A DNA stretch of 64,000 nucleotides from Candidatus Eiseniibacteriota bacterium (GCA_041946735.1 JBHGAY010000004.1:5425-69424), one strand, 5' to 3'. Shown: positions 1-9,497, counted from the first letter of the stretch. Program-made: numbers and translations. Notes: a model not told the origin generated them from the letters alone.

Positions 1-1296
1 GACCGAAAGCTCGACCTCCGAGCGCGTGACGGAGGAGTTGCCGTGGCGGCTCTCGTTTGTGACGCAGCACCGCTCGACCTGAAACGGCGCCTCGTAGAGA
101 CCGAGGTGCTTGCGCACGATCAGCTCGAAGCTCGCCTCGGCCGTCTCGAAGACGTACCCCTCGTTCTCGAGATCCATCACGCGATCGAGGATCTGCTTGA
201 GGAGCGCCTTGTCCGAGCTCTTCTGGCCGAGCATCTGCGTGATCTTCTCCTGCACGTTGCTCGTGCCCGACAGCTCGCTGATCAGCATGTGGCGGTCGTT
301 GCCGACCGACTCGGGCGGCACGTGCTCGTAGGTCGTCACGTTCTTCAGGACGGCGTGCACGTGCATCCCGCCCTTGTGCGTGAACGCGGCGGGACCGACG
401 TACGGCTGGTGGACCTGCGGCGTCAAGCTGGCCGCCTCGTTGACGAAGCGGCTGACCGCCACGAGCTTCTTCAGGCTCTCGGGGCCTTGCAGGACGTGGT
501 AGCCGAGCTTGAGCGAGAGGTTCGCGACGACGGCGATCAGGTCGACGTTGCCGCACCGCTCGCCGACCCCGTTGATCGTCCCCTGGACCTGCCGCGCCCC
601 GTGCTGCACCGACTTCAGCGCGTTCGCGACGGCGACGCCGGAGTCGTTGTGCAAGTGGACGCCGACCGCCACGCCGGGGATCGCCGCCTGCACGGCGTCG
701 ACGATCTCCGCCATCTCGTCAGGGAGGGTTCCGCCGTTGGTGTCGCAGAGGCAGAGCAGGCGCGCTCCCGCGTTCGCCGCCGACCGCAAGGTCGAGATCG
801 CGTAGTCGGCGTTGCGCTTCCAGCCGTCGAAGAATTGCTCGGCGTCGTAGATCACCTCGCGCCCGTGCGAAACGAGGAAGGCGACGCTCTCGCCGATCAT
901 GGCGAGGTTCTCGTCCGTGGTGACCTGGAGGACTTCGCGCACGTGCAGATCGCTCGTCTTGCCGACGAGCGCGATCGTCTCCGCCTGCGAGTCGAGGAGC
1001 GCGATCATCCCGGGATCCTCGGAGGCGGGGATCCCGCGGCGGCGCGTCATGCCGAACGCGGAGAGCTTTGCGTGGCGCAGCGGGACCTTGCGGATCTCCC
1101 GGAAGAAGGCGACGTCCTTGGGATTCGAGAGTGGGTAGCCTCCCTCGATGTAGTCGACCCCGAGATCGTCGAGCTTCGAGGCGATGGCCAACTTGTCCTC
1201 GAGCGAGAGGTTGAAGCCGAGCCCCTGCGTCCCGTCGCGAAGCGTGGTGTCGTAGATCTCGATCCGGCGGCCTTCCTGGCGATGGAGACTGGACAT
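1..1296 (-). CDS. cimA: (R)-citramalate synthase / 2-isopropylmalate synthase family (LeuA/CimA), C-terminus runs off window edge
   Basis: Reverse-complement translation from ATG at 1296-1294 (GAGG 7 nt upstream) gives MSSLHRQEGRRIEIYDTTLRDGTQGLGFNLSLEDKLAIASKLDDLGVDYIEGGYPLSNPKDVAFF..., the hallmark N-terminus of CimA/LeuA-type aldolases. The frame stays open to position 1. It is not in the ORF track because the ORF is truncated by the window edge. The listed 43..1491 + ORF is its antisense shadow. Confidence 0.85.
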   Translation of the reverse strand, partial: MSSLHRQEGRRIEIYDTTLRDGTQGLGFNLSLEDKLAIASKLDDLGVDYIEGGYPLSNPKDVAFFREIRKVPLRHAKLSAFGMTRRRGIPASEDPGMIALLDSQAETIALVGKTSDLHVREVLQVTTDENLAMIGESVAFLVSHGREVIYDAEQFFDGWKRNADYAISTLRSAANAGARLLCLCDTNGGTLPDEMAEIVDAVQAAIPGVAVGVHLHNDSGVAVANALKSVQHGARQVQGTINGVGERCGNVDLIAVVANLSLKLGYHVLQGPESLKKLVAVSRFVNEAASLTPQVHQPYVGPAAFTHKGGMHVHAVLKNVTTYEHVPPESVGNDRHMLISELSGTSNVQEKITQMLGQKSSDKALLKQILDRVMDLENEGYVFETAEASFELIVRKHLGLYEAPFQVERCCVTNESRHGNSSVTRSEVELSV

Positions 1297-1502
1297 GGCG
1301 ATCCTCGCTTCTGGCTCACCCCGGCTCGCGGCCGGGAGCCGACTTGGCGGACCAAATCCTTTTCCACCTATCGTTTCGGCACGGCTTTGTGGTTCCTGAA
1401 CAACCCGCCCTCGCGGACGTGCCTCGCTCGCGTGGATACCGGGAACGTACAAGGCTCCGAGGCGATCTTCCAGCCCCCCTTTGCCCTATAGTCCGTTACG
1501 AA

Positions 1503-2660
1503 GTGGACACCTCGACGGCGGGAACCCTCATCCGGATCCAGGTCTTCGAGCAGGGGATCCGGATCGAGCCGGCGGGCCTGTGGTGCGATCCGTGGGAGAC
1601 GCGCTCCCTCGCCTACGTCAGCCACGCCCATGGCGACCACGCGCGCGCCGGACACGGGCTTACGCTCGCTTCCGCCGCCACCGCGGACCTGATGATCGCG
1701 CGCGGCGCGGATGGACCCTTCGTGCGGCTCGACCTCGCGGCGCCACGAGCATGCGGCGATCCCCCGGAGCAGCTCGAGCTGCTGGATGGACGGGACCCGT
1801 CCCGGCCGAGGGCGCGAGGCAGCCCGAGCGCGGCTCCGCCACCCTTTCCCGCCGGACTGCGACGCGGCGACGGCGAAGGCGACGGCGGCGGCGGCGCCTG
1901 GCGGCTCGAGGACGCCGGCCTCGAGGTCTTTTCGGCCGGGCACGTCCTCGGCAGCACGTCGCTGCGCGTCACCTTCCCCGAAGGTCGGCTCGCGCTCTCC
2001 GGGGACTTCAAGCTCCGCGCTTCGCTCACCTGCGATCCCGTCACGATCCCCGCGTGCGATCTGCTCGTCATGGAATCGACATACGGGCTTCCGATCTTCC
2101 GTTTCCCCCCCGAGGAGGAGGTGCGTGGGAGGATCGTCGAGACGGCGCGCGAATCGATCGCGCGCGGCGAGGTGCCGGTGTTTCTCGGCTACGGTGTCGG
2201 GCGCGGGCCGGAGATCGTCGCGATCCTCGAACGCGCCGGGATCCCGGCTGCGGTGCACCGGTCGATGATCCCGATCCTCGAGGTGTATGCGCGCCACGGC
2301 CATCGCTTCTCGCTCGCGAGGCCGCTGCGCGCGCGAGCGCTCGGCGGGCGCGCGGTCGTGATCCCGATCGGGGCGCGGGAGAGCCGCATCATCCGCGACC
2401 TGCCGCGACGCCGCATCGCCTACGTGTCCGGGTGGGCCGTTCTCGATCCCATGCGAAGGATGGTCGAAGCCGACGTGTCGATCCCCATGAGCGATCACGC
2501 CGGCTTCGACGATCTTCTCGCGTACGTCGAGGCGAGCGGGGCGCGGAGGGTGCTGGTCACGCACGGCTATGCGGAGGAGTTCGCCGAGACGCTGCGCGCG
2601 CGTGGATGCCGGGCGCAGGCGCTCCGTCCCGGCGACCGGATCGAGATTCCCGCTCGCTAA
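1503..2660 (+). CDS. Metallo-beta-lactamase fold beta-CASP nuclease (ligase-associated DNA-damage-response exonuclease / COG1236-like)
   Basis: GLWCDPWETRSLAYVSHAHGDHA (HxHxDH motif) and the C-terminal SDHAGFDDLLAYVEASGARRVLVTHGY motif are typical of beta-CASP / Lig-associated exonucleases. The start is set at the in-frame GTG at 1503 because the upstream ATG at 1344 would overlap the divergent cimA start. The start is uncertain. Confidence 0.7.
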   Translation: MDTSTAGTLIRIQVFEQGIRIEPAGLWCDPWETRSLAYVSHAHGDHARAGHGLTLASAATADLMIARGADGPFVRLDLAAPRACGDPPEQLELLDGRDPSRPRARGSPSAAPPPFPAGLRRGDGEGDGGGGAWRLEDAGLEVFSAGHVLGSTSLRVTFPEGRLALSGDFKLRASLTCDPVTIPACDLLVMESTYGLPIFRFPPEEEVRGRIVETARESIARGEVPVFLGYGVGRGPEIVAILERAGIPAAVHRSMIPILEVYARHGHRFSLARPLRARALGGRAVVIPIGARESRIIRDLPRRRIAYVSGWAVLDPMRRMVEADVSIPMSDHAGFDDLLAYVEASGARRVLVTHGYAEEFAETLRARGCRAQALRPGDRIEIPAR

Positions 2661-2727
2661 CGGCCGGGCGGCGATCCCCGGCCGGCAAGAGGCACAAGGG
2701 CCTGAAACTACTGGAGCAGGAGCAGAA

Positions 2728-3721
2728 GATGCCGGCGAATCTGACCCCTCAGTACCAGGCTGCCGAGGAGCGCTACCGCAAGGCGGAGACGCTGGAAGAG
2801 AAGATCGAGGCGCTGCGCGAGATGCTCGCCTTGATCCCCAAGCACAAGGGGACGGAGAAGCTCCAGGCGGACATCAAGCGCCGCCTCTCGAAGTGCCAGG
2901 AGGAGCAGGACCAGCGCCGCCGCTCCGGGGGGCATCGTCACGATCCGGGGCACATCGCTCGCGAGGGGGCGGGGCAGATCGCGATGATCGGACCGCCGAA
3001 CTCCGGGAAGTCCTCGCTTCTCGCGCTGCTCACGCACGCGCACCCCGAGATCGCCGACTATCCCTTCACGACTCACGCCCCTCAACCCGGCATGATGCCG
3101 TACGAGGACGTGCAGGTGCAGCTGATCGACACGCCGCCGCTCGCTCCCGAGCCGTTCGATCCGCTGCTCGTCAACGTCGCGCGCAACGCGGACGCCGACC
3201 TGCTCGTGGTCGACCCCGGCGATCCGGAGGCGCCGGCGCAGGCGGAGACGATCGTGAGGTTCCTTGCCCGCTGCCGGATCGTGCCTCGAGGCCGGCCCGT
3301 CCCGGAGGAGCTGCAGATCTCGGGGCGGACGCTGCCGGTGCTGCTCGCCGAGACGAAGTGCGACCGGCCGCGCGATGCGGTGGCAACGGCGGCAGTGCGG
3401 GCGATTCTCGGCGAGGATCTCCCGCGCCTCGACCTCTCGGCGGTGTCGCTCGAAGGGGTCGAGGAGCTGCGACGGCTGCTCTACGGAAGCCTCGGGATCC
3501 TACGCGTCTATGCAAAGGAGCCGGGAAAAAAGGCGGACATGGCGCGGCCGTTCGTGATGCGCCGGGGAGCGACGGTCTTCGATCTCGCCGAGATCATCCA
3601 CAAAGACCTGGCCGCGCACTTCCGTTTTGCGCGTATCTGGGGGTCGGCCCGCTACGACGGTCAGTCGGTCGAGAGGAACCACCCGCTCGAGGACCGGGAC
3701 ATCGTCGAGATCCACGCCTGA
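2728..3721 (+). CDS. Obg/DRG-family GTPase with C-terminal TGS domain
   Basis: ATG at 2728 preceded by ggagcaggagcagaag. P-loop GPPNSGKSS, DTPP and TKCD (NKxD-like) motifs are present, with a TGS-like C-terminus (RGATVFDLAEIIHKDLAAHF...DIVEI). The long 1481..3721 ORF in the track is a frame fusion. Confidence 0.8.
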
Positions 3722-3787
3722 GGGGCGGACGGCGAGCGGGCGGCAGCGGGAGCGGCGCGGGGCAGCCGCACACGCCGCCCGGCGCTC

Positions 3788-4627
3788 CTACTGGCCCTGT
3801 CCGCGCGCAGGCTGAGAGCCGCCGGCCATTCCTTCGAAGGGGACGACGGGGCGCCCCGGCTCGTAGGAGTCGAGCTGAAGCTCGAGGTGCCCGAGGACGG
3901 GCAGGCGCGAGCGCATCTGGACCAGGATCCGGCGTGGATCGTCCGAGAAGAAGAGCTCCGCCTCGCCTCCCTCGCCGAAGAGGCCGCCGGTGCGAATCGT
4001 GGGGCGCACGACGATCGTGTCGAAGGTGCCCATCGGCACCTTCACGCGCTCGCGCCTCACGACTTGCAGAATCACCGGATTGCCTTCCGCTCGGTAGTAG
4101 CGGTCGAGCGTGTAGGTCTGGCCGACCTGCAGGGGCAGGGTGCGCGCAAAGTAGACGAACGAGACGTCGTCTAGCGGCATCTTGGTGGCGAGCGGTCCCT
4201 GGTCCTGGCCGTCGGAACGCATCCAGAGGTCGCGCTCGGGGAAGAAGTCGAGGATCCGGTGGCGCTTGTAGCGGACCTCCTTCTGATCCTGCTCGAAGCG
4301 GCGCGCGAAGAGCGTCTCGACGTCCATCCAGGACTGGAGCTTCGTGTCGACGTGGGCGAAGGGGATCCCGCCCTCGACGGCGAAGCGCAGCCGGTAGGTG
4401 AGATGCCCGTGCACCTTCTCGATACCGGCGACCTCCATCGAGCCGCGGCCCCTGCCGCCCAGGATCCCTACGTTGACCCGGTAGCCGAGCTTCTCGCCAG
4501 GGCCGAAGGGTACCGGCGCGTAGGTGACCGGCTCTTGCGCGGCAGCGGGAAGTGGGGCGAGGGCGGCGAGAAGGAGCAAGGCGAGGACGGGGTGTGGGCG
4601 TCCGCGCGGCGGCTTCCGAAGCTTCAT
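3788..4627 (-). CDS. Secreted hypothetical protein, DUF3108-like
   Basis: ATG at 4627-4625 with GGAAAGGAA upstream. The N-terminus MKLRKPPRGRPHPVLALLLLAALAPLPAAAQEP is a signal peptide. Codon usage is non-low-complexity. The family assignment is tentative. Confidence 0.55.
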   Translation of the reverse strand: MKLRKPPRGRPHPVLALLLLAALAPLPAAAQEPVTYAPVPFGPGEKLGYRVNVGILGGRGRGSMEVAGIEKVHGHLTYRLRFAVEGGIPFAHVDTKLQSWMDVETLFARRFEQDQKEVRYKRHRILDFFPERDLWMRSDGQDQGPLATKMPLDDVSFVYFARTLPLQVGQTYTLDRYYRAEGNPVILQVVRRERVKVPMGTFDTIVVRPTIRTGGLFGEGGEAELFFSDDPRRILVQMRSRLPVLGHLELQLDSYEPGRPVVPFEGMAGGSQPARGQGQ

Positions 4628-4948
4628 GGCGGTTCCTTTCCGGTTCTTCCCGACTCTCGTTCAGACCGAGAACCCCCGAAGGACGGCGAGGGTTCGATCG
4701 GCCCGCCCTCGGGGAGAAGGGTAACTGCTGAGCGACCGTCCGCGCCCCCCCATTGCGACCGCCGCATGGGGGGCGCCGCCCCGAACTCCTCTGCGTCCTT
4801 CGCGTCCTTCGCGTCCTTTGCGCCCCTTTGCGCCCTTCGCGTCGCGTGGCGAGCTGCGATGGCGAGCTGCGATCGGGCCCCGGCGGGCGCGGCGCTTGGA
4901 TCGAAGGTACCTGACGAATTATCATTGAGATCGACGCTCGCCCAAGGG

Positions 4949-5020
4949 TGCGGGCCGACAGCACGAGCCACCGCCCGGGCCGACACCATGAGCCACCCGG
5001 GCCGACACCACGAGCCACCA
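4949..5020. repeat. Three tandem copies of a 22-bp unit (CGGGCCGACA[C/G]CA[C/T]GAGCCACC) immediately upstream of paralogue A
   Basis: The copies are at 4949-4975, 4976-4997 and 4998-5020. Shorter tandem motifs (CGTCCTTCG x3, GCGAGCTGCGATG x2) lie at 4795-4870. Confidence 0.75.
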
Positions 5021-5033
5021 TGGAGGATTCGAG

Positions 5034-5738
5034 ATGAGACGCTCGATCTTGCCTTTCGCGGCCGCCCTGGCCGCCGCCTTCGTCCTTTCCCCTGCCGCCG
5101 CCCTCGCGGACCAGTTCGTCGAGACCTTCGACGGCGGTTCGAACACGGGAGGCTGGACCTACGGCGCTCCCACCGAGGTGATCGAGTCCAATGGCGGGAA
5201 CCCCGGCGCCTACCTTCACGCTTCGGGGCTCGACACCTACGCTCCGCAGCCCCGGACGACGCAGCCGTCGATCTTCAGCGGAGACTTCCGCGCCGCGGGA
5301 GTCACCTCGATCGGAGTCGACCTCGCCACCTTCTATGTCGACTTCTCGGCCGAAGGGCGCCCCTTGAGCCTCATGCTCTACTCCGACAACGGGACCCCGG
5401 GAGACGACCTGGACGACTGGGCCGCCTACACGATGGGCGAGAACATCCCGATCCCCGGAGAGGGATGGCGGTCCTATGACTTCGACGTTCCGTCCGATTC
5501 CCCGACGTTGCCGGCCGGTTGGCTCACGATCGGGTTCGGCCCCGGCTCGCCGGAGAATCCCGACTGGAACGACGTCATCACCAACGTCTCGACGCTCGGC
5601 TTCTTCTACGGCGACCCGACGATGGTGTTCATCTTCCAGATGTGGGAACTGGGGATGGACAACGTCCGGATCACGTACGGCCAGCCGACCGCGGTCGAAG
5701 CGACGACCTGGGGAGGCGTGAAGGCGCTGTTCCGCTAA
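5034..5738 (+). CDS. Small secreted jelly-roll (LamG/concanavalin-like) protein with conserved C-terminal TTWGGVKALFR tail (paralogue A)
   Basis: ATG at 5034 with GGAGGA RBS. Signal peptide MRRSILPFAAALAAAFVLSPAAALA. C-terminus ...DNVRITYGQPTAVEATTWGGVKALFR. A rho-independent terminator follows at 5812..5860. Confidence 0.7.
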   Translation: MRRSILPFAAALAAAFVLSPAAALADQFVETFDGGSNTGGWTYGAPTEVIESNGGNPGAYLHASGLDTYAPQPRTTQPSIFSGDFRAAGVTSIGVDLATFYVDFSAEGRPLSLMLYSDNGTPGDDLDDWAAYTMGENIPIPGEGWRSYDFDVPSDSPTLPAGWLTIGFGPGSPENPDWNDVITNVSTLGFFYGDPTMVFIFQMWELGMDNVRITYGQPTAVEATTWGGVKALFR

Positions 5739-5811
5739 GCGTCGCCGCGAACCCCCGGCCGGCGAGCCGTGGCCGCGTGCGGTTTCGCGAGGCGGAAGGC
5801 GTGGCATGACG

Positions 5812-5860
5812 GGTGGGGTCGCGATCGTCCGAGGGCGATCGCGACCCCACCTCTTTTTCC
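5812..5860 (+). terminator. Rho-independent terminator downstream of paralogue A
   Basis: Perfect 16-bp inverted repeat GGTGGGGTCGCGATCG / CGATCGCGACCCCACC with an 8-nt loop, followed by TCTTTTTCC. Confidence 0.8.
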
Positions 5861-5861
5861 G

Positions 5862-5889
5862 CTTGCGTGTCGATATCGATGTGATATCA
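5862..5889 (+). promoter_or_regulatory. Candidate sigma-70 promoter for the SPFH gene, with an embedded TCGATATCGA palindrome
   Basis: TTGCGT-N16-TATCAT lies in an unusually AT-rich patch (cgcTTGCGTgtcgatatcgatgtgaTATCATtct), about 40 nt upstream of ATG 5932. A 10-bp perfect palindrome TCGATATCGA sits in the spacer. Confidence 0.4.
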
Positions 5890-5931
5890 TTCTGATGTCG
5901 ACGCCCGAATGGGGCACGCAAGGGAGGAACC

Positions 5932-6801
5932 ATGCACGCGGAACGCGAGGTCCGAAGGCCGTCGGGATGGGGGATGCTCCTGGTCAACCTGCTCCTCTAC
6001 GCCCTGGCGATCTACTTCTTGGTGCGGGGAGGGCAGAGCCACTCTCTCCTCATGCTGCTGCTCGGAGGAGTCGGTGGGCTGCTGCTGGCGCTGCTGGCCA
6101 GCGCCGGCTTCTTCGTCGTGAATCCCAACGAGGCGATGGTCCTCTTGCTCTTCGGAGACTACATCGGCTCGGTGCGGAACAATGGCTTCTGGTGGACGAA
6201 CCCGTTCAACCAGAAGGTGCGGCTCTCGCTGCGCGCGCGCACGCTGAACGGTCCGATCCTGAAGGTGAACGATCGCGCAGGAAACCCGATCGAGATCGCC
6301 GCGGTCGTCGTCTGGCAGGTGAAGGACACGGCGATGTCGGTCTTCGAGGTGGACAACTACACCGACTTCGTCAAGACGCAGAGCGAGACGGCGGTGCGGC
6401 ACCTGGCGAGCGCCTACCCGTACGACGGCGGCGAGGAGGAGCTGAGCCTGCGCGGGGCGACCGACGAGGTGAGCGCCCGGCTCTGCACCGAGCTGCAGGA
6501 GCGGCTCGCGCGGGCCGGCGTCCACGTGATCGAGGCCCGGCTCTCCCACCTCGCCTACTCGCCGGAGATCGCCGGCGCGATGCTCCAGCGCCAGCAGGCG
6601 GGAGCGGTCATCGCGGCGCGCAAGAAGATCGTCGAAGGCGCGGTCGGGATCGTCCAGGACGCTCTGCGCGAGCTGAATGAAGGAGACTTCGGGGAGCTGG
6701 ACGAGGAGCGCAAGGCTGCGATGATGTCGAACCTGCTCGTCGTCCTCTGCAGCCAGCACTCGGCGCAGCCGATCGTCAACGCCGGGACGATCTACCACTA
6801 G
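5932..6801 (+). CDS. SPFH / band-7 (stomatin/prohibitin-like) membrane protein
   Basis: GGGAGG RBS 5 nt upstream of ATG 5932. Two N-terminal TM helices ([16 protein letters not shown]..., [25 protein letters not shown]), then an SPFH core with a coiled-coil, Ala/Gln-rich C-terminus. Confidence 0.85.
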   Translation: MHAEREVRRPSGWGMLLVNLLLYALAIYFLVRGGQSHSLLMLLLGGVGGLLLALLASAGFFVVNPNEAMVLLLFGDYIGSVRNNGFWWTNPFNQKVRLSLRARTLNGPILKVNDRAGNPIEIAAVVVWQVKDTAMSVFEVDNYTDFVKTQSETAVRHLASAYPYDGGEEELSLRGATDEVSARLCTELQERLARAGVHVIEARLSHLAYSPEIAGAMLQRQQAGAVIAARKKIVEGAVGIVQDALRELNEGDFGELDEERKAAMMSNLLVVLCSQHSAQPIVNAGTIYH

Positions 6802-6819
6802 GCGGGCGAGGGCGCGCGG

Positions 6820-7002
6820 ATGGGACTGAAGAAGGCGTTCCCGCTCCGGCTCGATCCCGAGCTGTACGAGGCGATCCGTCGCTGGGCCGACGAGGAGCTG
6901 CGGAGCGTGAACGGCCAGATCGAGTTCCTGCTGCGCGACGCGGTCGAGAAGGCAGGGAAGAAGGCGGGACCGCTGAAGCGGGAGAAGAAGAAGGGGAGAT
7001 GA
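6820..7002 (+). CDS. Ribbon-helix-helix (Arc/MetJ-like) small DNA-binding protein
   Basis: Starts 18 nt after the SPFH stop. [36 protein letters not shown] has the beta-strand plus two-helix RHH pattern, with a Lys-rich tail. Confidence 0.55.
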   Translation: MGLKKAFPLRLDPELYEAIRRWADEELRSVNGQIEFLLRDAVEKAGKKAGPLKREKKKGR

Positions 7003-7075
7003 GTCCGGGTCGGCGCGCGGAAGGCGGAGGCTATGCCGCCGCGCGCCGCCCGCCGCTCATCGCGCGCCGCCCGCC

Positions 7076-7495
7076 TCATTCGCCGACGATCTTGATCAGG
7101 ATCCGTTTCGGCCGCCGGCCGTCGAACTCGCCGTAGAAGATCTGCTCCCACGGACCGAAATCGAGCTTGCCGCCGGTCACCGCCACCACGACTTCCCGTC
7201 CCATGATCTGACGCTTGTGATGCGCGTCGCCGTTGTCCTCCCCCGTCCGATTGTGGTCGTAGCGCGAGAGCGGCTCGTGGGGCGCCAGCTCCTCGAGCCA
7301 GCGCGCATAGTCGCGGTGCAGCCCCGGTTCGTCGTCGTTGATGAAGACGCTCGCCGTGATGTGCATCGCGTTGACCAGGCAGAGTCCTTCGCGGATGCCG
7401 CTCTCCGCGACCGCCTCCTCCACCTCCGGCGTGATGTTGCGGAACGCCATCCGGGCGGGGATGTTCAGCGTGAGCTCCCTGCGGTGCGATCGCAT
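7076..7495 (-). CDS. YjbQ/UPF0047 family protein (secondary thiamine-phosphate synthase-like)
   Basis: ATG at 7495. [62 protein letters not shown]...[33 protein letters not shown] matches YjbQ throughout. Confidence 0.8.
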   Translation of the reverse strand: MRSHRRELTLNIPARMAFRNITPEVEEAVAESGIREGLCLVNAMHITASVFINDDEPGLHRDYARWLEELAPHEPLSRYDHNRTGEDNGDAHHKRQIMGREVVVAVTGGKLDFGPWEQIFYGEFDGRRPKRILIKIVGE

Positions 7496-7649
7496 TGTCG
7501 TCGCCTCCTGCTTCCCGGCGCCTTCGGACGATCGGGGCGGGTGTCGGGCGGCCGCGCCGGGCGCCGCGCGCCCGGACTGGCCAGGCCCTTCCAGTCCGTG
7601 GATACTACCCGGCGGCGGCGGCGGAAGCCCCCCGGAAGGAGGCGAGGCG

Positions 7650-8015
7650 ATGCTCGAGGCTCGGAGCCCCGGATCGGCGGCAGAGGGATGGGCGGAGGAG
7701 ATCGGCGCGGCGATCACCGTGACCGACGCGGAGGGGAGGATCCTGTCGATGAACGAGCGCTCGCGCGAGACGTTCGCCGCCGACGGGGGCGCGGCGCTCC
7801 TCGGGCGATCGGTCTTCGATTGCCACCCGGAGCCGGCGCGCACGAAGACGCGCGCGATGTATGCGACTCGGCAGGCGAACCACTACACGATCGAGAAGGA
7901 CGGCCGGCGGAAGATCATCCACCAACTTCCCTGGTTCCGGAACGGCGCCTTCGCGGGGTTTGTCGAGATCTCGATCCCGATCCCCGGCGCCCTCCCGCAC
8001 TTCGTGCGAGACTGA
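7650..8015 (+). CDS. Stand-alone PAS domain protein
   Basis: ATG 7650 with [33 protein letters not shown]...GRSVFDCHP...[29 protein letters not shown] is a PAS fold. Confidence 0.7.
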   Translation: MLEARSPGSAAEGWAEEIGAAITVTDAEGRILSMNERSRETFAADGGAALLGRSVFDCHPEPARTKTRAMYATRQANHYTIEKDGRRKIIHQLPWFRNGAFAGFVEISIPIPGALPHFVRD

Positions 8016-8065
8016 GGGAACCACGGAGGGCCGGACGCCAGCGAGGGAGGGCGCTGCTCCGGTCG

Positions 8066-8491
8066 TCAGCGGATCGTCAGGACGATGATCCCTCCGACGG
8101 TGAGCGCGATGCCGGCGACGGTCTTCAGGGTGAGAGGCTCGCCGCCCAGCGCCACGGCCATCAGCGCCCCGAAGAGCGGCGAGGTGAAGGCGATCGGCAT
8201 CACGCGGGTGAGCGGCGCTCCCTTGAGCGCCGCGTAGAAGCAGAGCATTCCCGCCGCCCCCGCGACGATTCCCCCGCCGACGGTCATCATCAGGAGCGCG
8301 CGGGGGCCGGCGTGCGGGAGGCTCTTCCACTGCGGCGCGCTGACGGCGGCCAGGATCACGAACGCGACGGCGGTGCGGATCGTGATCCCGAGCTGCGGGG
8401 AGAGGTGGCCGAGGTGGAGCCCCTTCTTCTCGAAGTACCCGCCGATCCCCCAGGCCGCCGCCGTCAGTAGCGCGAGCAGTTCCGGTTTCAT
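8066..8491 (-). CDS. EamA-like / DMT-superfamily small membrane protein (four TM helices)
   Basis: ATG 8491. The product is hydrophobic with 4 predicted helices and the EamA-like pattern (LLTAAAWGIGGYF...ALKGAPLTRVMPIAFTSPLFGALMAV...GIALTVGGIIVL). Confidence 0.6.
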   Translation of the reverse strand: MKPELLALLTAAAWGIGGYFEKKGLHLGHLSPQLGITIRTAVAFVILAAVSAPQWKSLPHAGPRALLMMTVGGGIVAGAAGMLCFYAALKGAPLTRVMPIAFTSPLFGALMAVALGGEPLTLKTVAGIALTVGGIIVLTIR

Positions 8492-8516
8492 CGTCCCTCG
8501 AGACCTCCGCCGTCCG

Positions 8517-9269
8517 CTATTCCCCGCTGGCCGAGACGTTGTCGACGTAGAACGTCCCGGGCCCGTCGTTCCAGGACGCGAAGCTGATCGCAGTCAGCGT
8601 CTTCGGAGCCCTCCCGAACGCCTTCAGCTCGACCGGCTTCGGGGTCACGCTCCGCACCAGGACCTCGTAGATCCCGTCGGCCGGATAGACGGTCCCCTCG
8701 ATCGTGTACCAGCGGCCGAGATCGAGATCGCGGGCGATGACGGTCCTCTGTTCCCAGGCTCCCTTTCCCTGGCGCGCGAAGAGGTTCATCTTCCCCTTCG
8801 TCGCCGAGTTCTCGAAGCCCAGGAAGACGAAGCGCTCGTTGCCGGTCGAGTTGGGGCCGTTCTTCTTGTCCGCATCGTTGCCGATCAGGATGAAGGCGGA
8901 GCGATTGAAGGACGGGTCGATCGACTGGACGCAGATGTCGCAGGAGAACGAGAAGTCGGTCTTCTGCGCCTTCACGAACTTCTGCGTCAGGTAGGTATTG
9001 AACTTGGCGCTCCCGTCGATCCGCGCCTTGGGGGTCGCATTGCCCGCGATCGCCGTCTTGTCGAGCTTCAGCATCGCGCGCGATCCCTTGACGTCGTAGC
9101 GGCTCTCGTACCAGTCCTGCCCCTTCGTGTTCCTGCGCAGAAGCTTGCTGGTCGTGCTGCCGTCGAAGCCGCCGTCCGACAGGAGCGGAGGCGCGGCGGC
9201 CAGGGCGACGGAGGCGGCACCGATCAGGACCGCCACCGCGGTCCACCGGGTTCTGCGGACAATCGACAT
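8517..9269 (-). CDS. Secreted LamG/concanavalin-like jelly-roll protein
   Basis: ATG 9269 with aagggaaggaagggaacg upstream. Signal peptide MSIVRRTRWTAVAVLIGAASVALAAAPP. It ends ...SFASWNDGPGTFYVDNVSASGE, typical of a LamG-like beta-sandwich. Confidence 0.6.
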   Translation of the reverse strand: MSIVRRTRWTAVAVLIGAASVALAAAPPLLSDGGFDGSTTSKLLRRNTKGQDWYESRYDVKGSRAMLKLDKTAIAGNATPKARIDGSAKFNTYLTQKFVKAQKTDFSFSCDICVQSIDPSFNRSAFILIGNDADKKNGPNSTGNERFVFLGFENSATKGKMNLFARQGKGAWEQRTVIARDLDLGRWYTIEGTVYPADGIYEVLVRSVTPKPVELKAFGRAPKTLTAISFASWNDGPGTFYVDNVSASGE

Positions 9270-9445
9270 CGTTCCCTTCCTTCCCTTGGTCTCTTGGATG
9301 CTTGCGGTTCCGGCACTCGATCCCGGCCGAATCGAACCGTCCGGAAAAGGCCGAGCACGCCCAGACCGGACGGATCCGATGCACGAGGATACCCGCCGCA
9401 GCGGCGGCACGAAAGGACGATCGGCGGCGCGGCGGCGGCGCGCAC

Positions 9446-9497
9446 GACGCCTCATCTCGGACCGCCCGCCGGACGCCTCATCGCGGACCGCCCACCG
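9446..9497. repeat. Two tandem copies of a 26-bp unit at the GH38 3' end
   Basis: ACGCCTCATCTCGGACCGCCCGCCGG is followed by ACGCCTCATCGCGGACCGCCCACCGG. Confidence 0.7.

Noticed and set aside
43-1491. 482-aa plus ORF at the window start
   Set aside because: The opposite strand encodes a clean CimA/LeuA-family protein (IYDTTLRDGTQG...). The plus-strand product is low complexity.
1344-1502. ATG at 1344 as the start of the beta-CASP nuclease
   Set aside because: It would overlap the divergent cimA start by about 50 nt, and the encoded N-terminus is not conserved. The GTG at 1503 gives the canonical N-terminus.
1481-3721. 746-aa plus-strand ORF, plus overlapping 2569..4401 (+) and 3594..5987 (-) long ORFs
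   Set aside because: The first is a frame fusion of an Arg-rich antisense or out-of-frame stretch with the genuine GTPase. Only the ATG at 2728 onward has GTPase motifs. The others are polyarginine-rich artefacts crossing real genes on the opposite strand.
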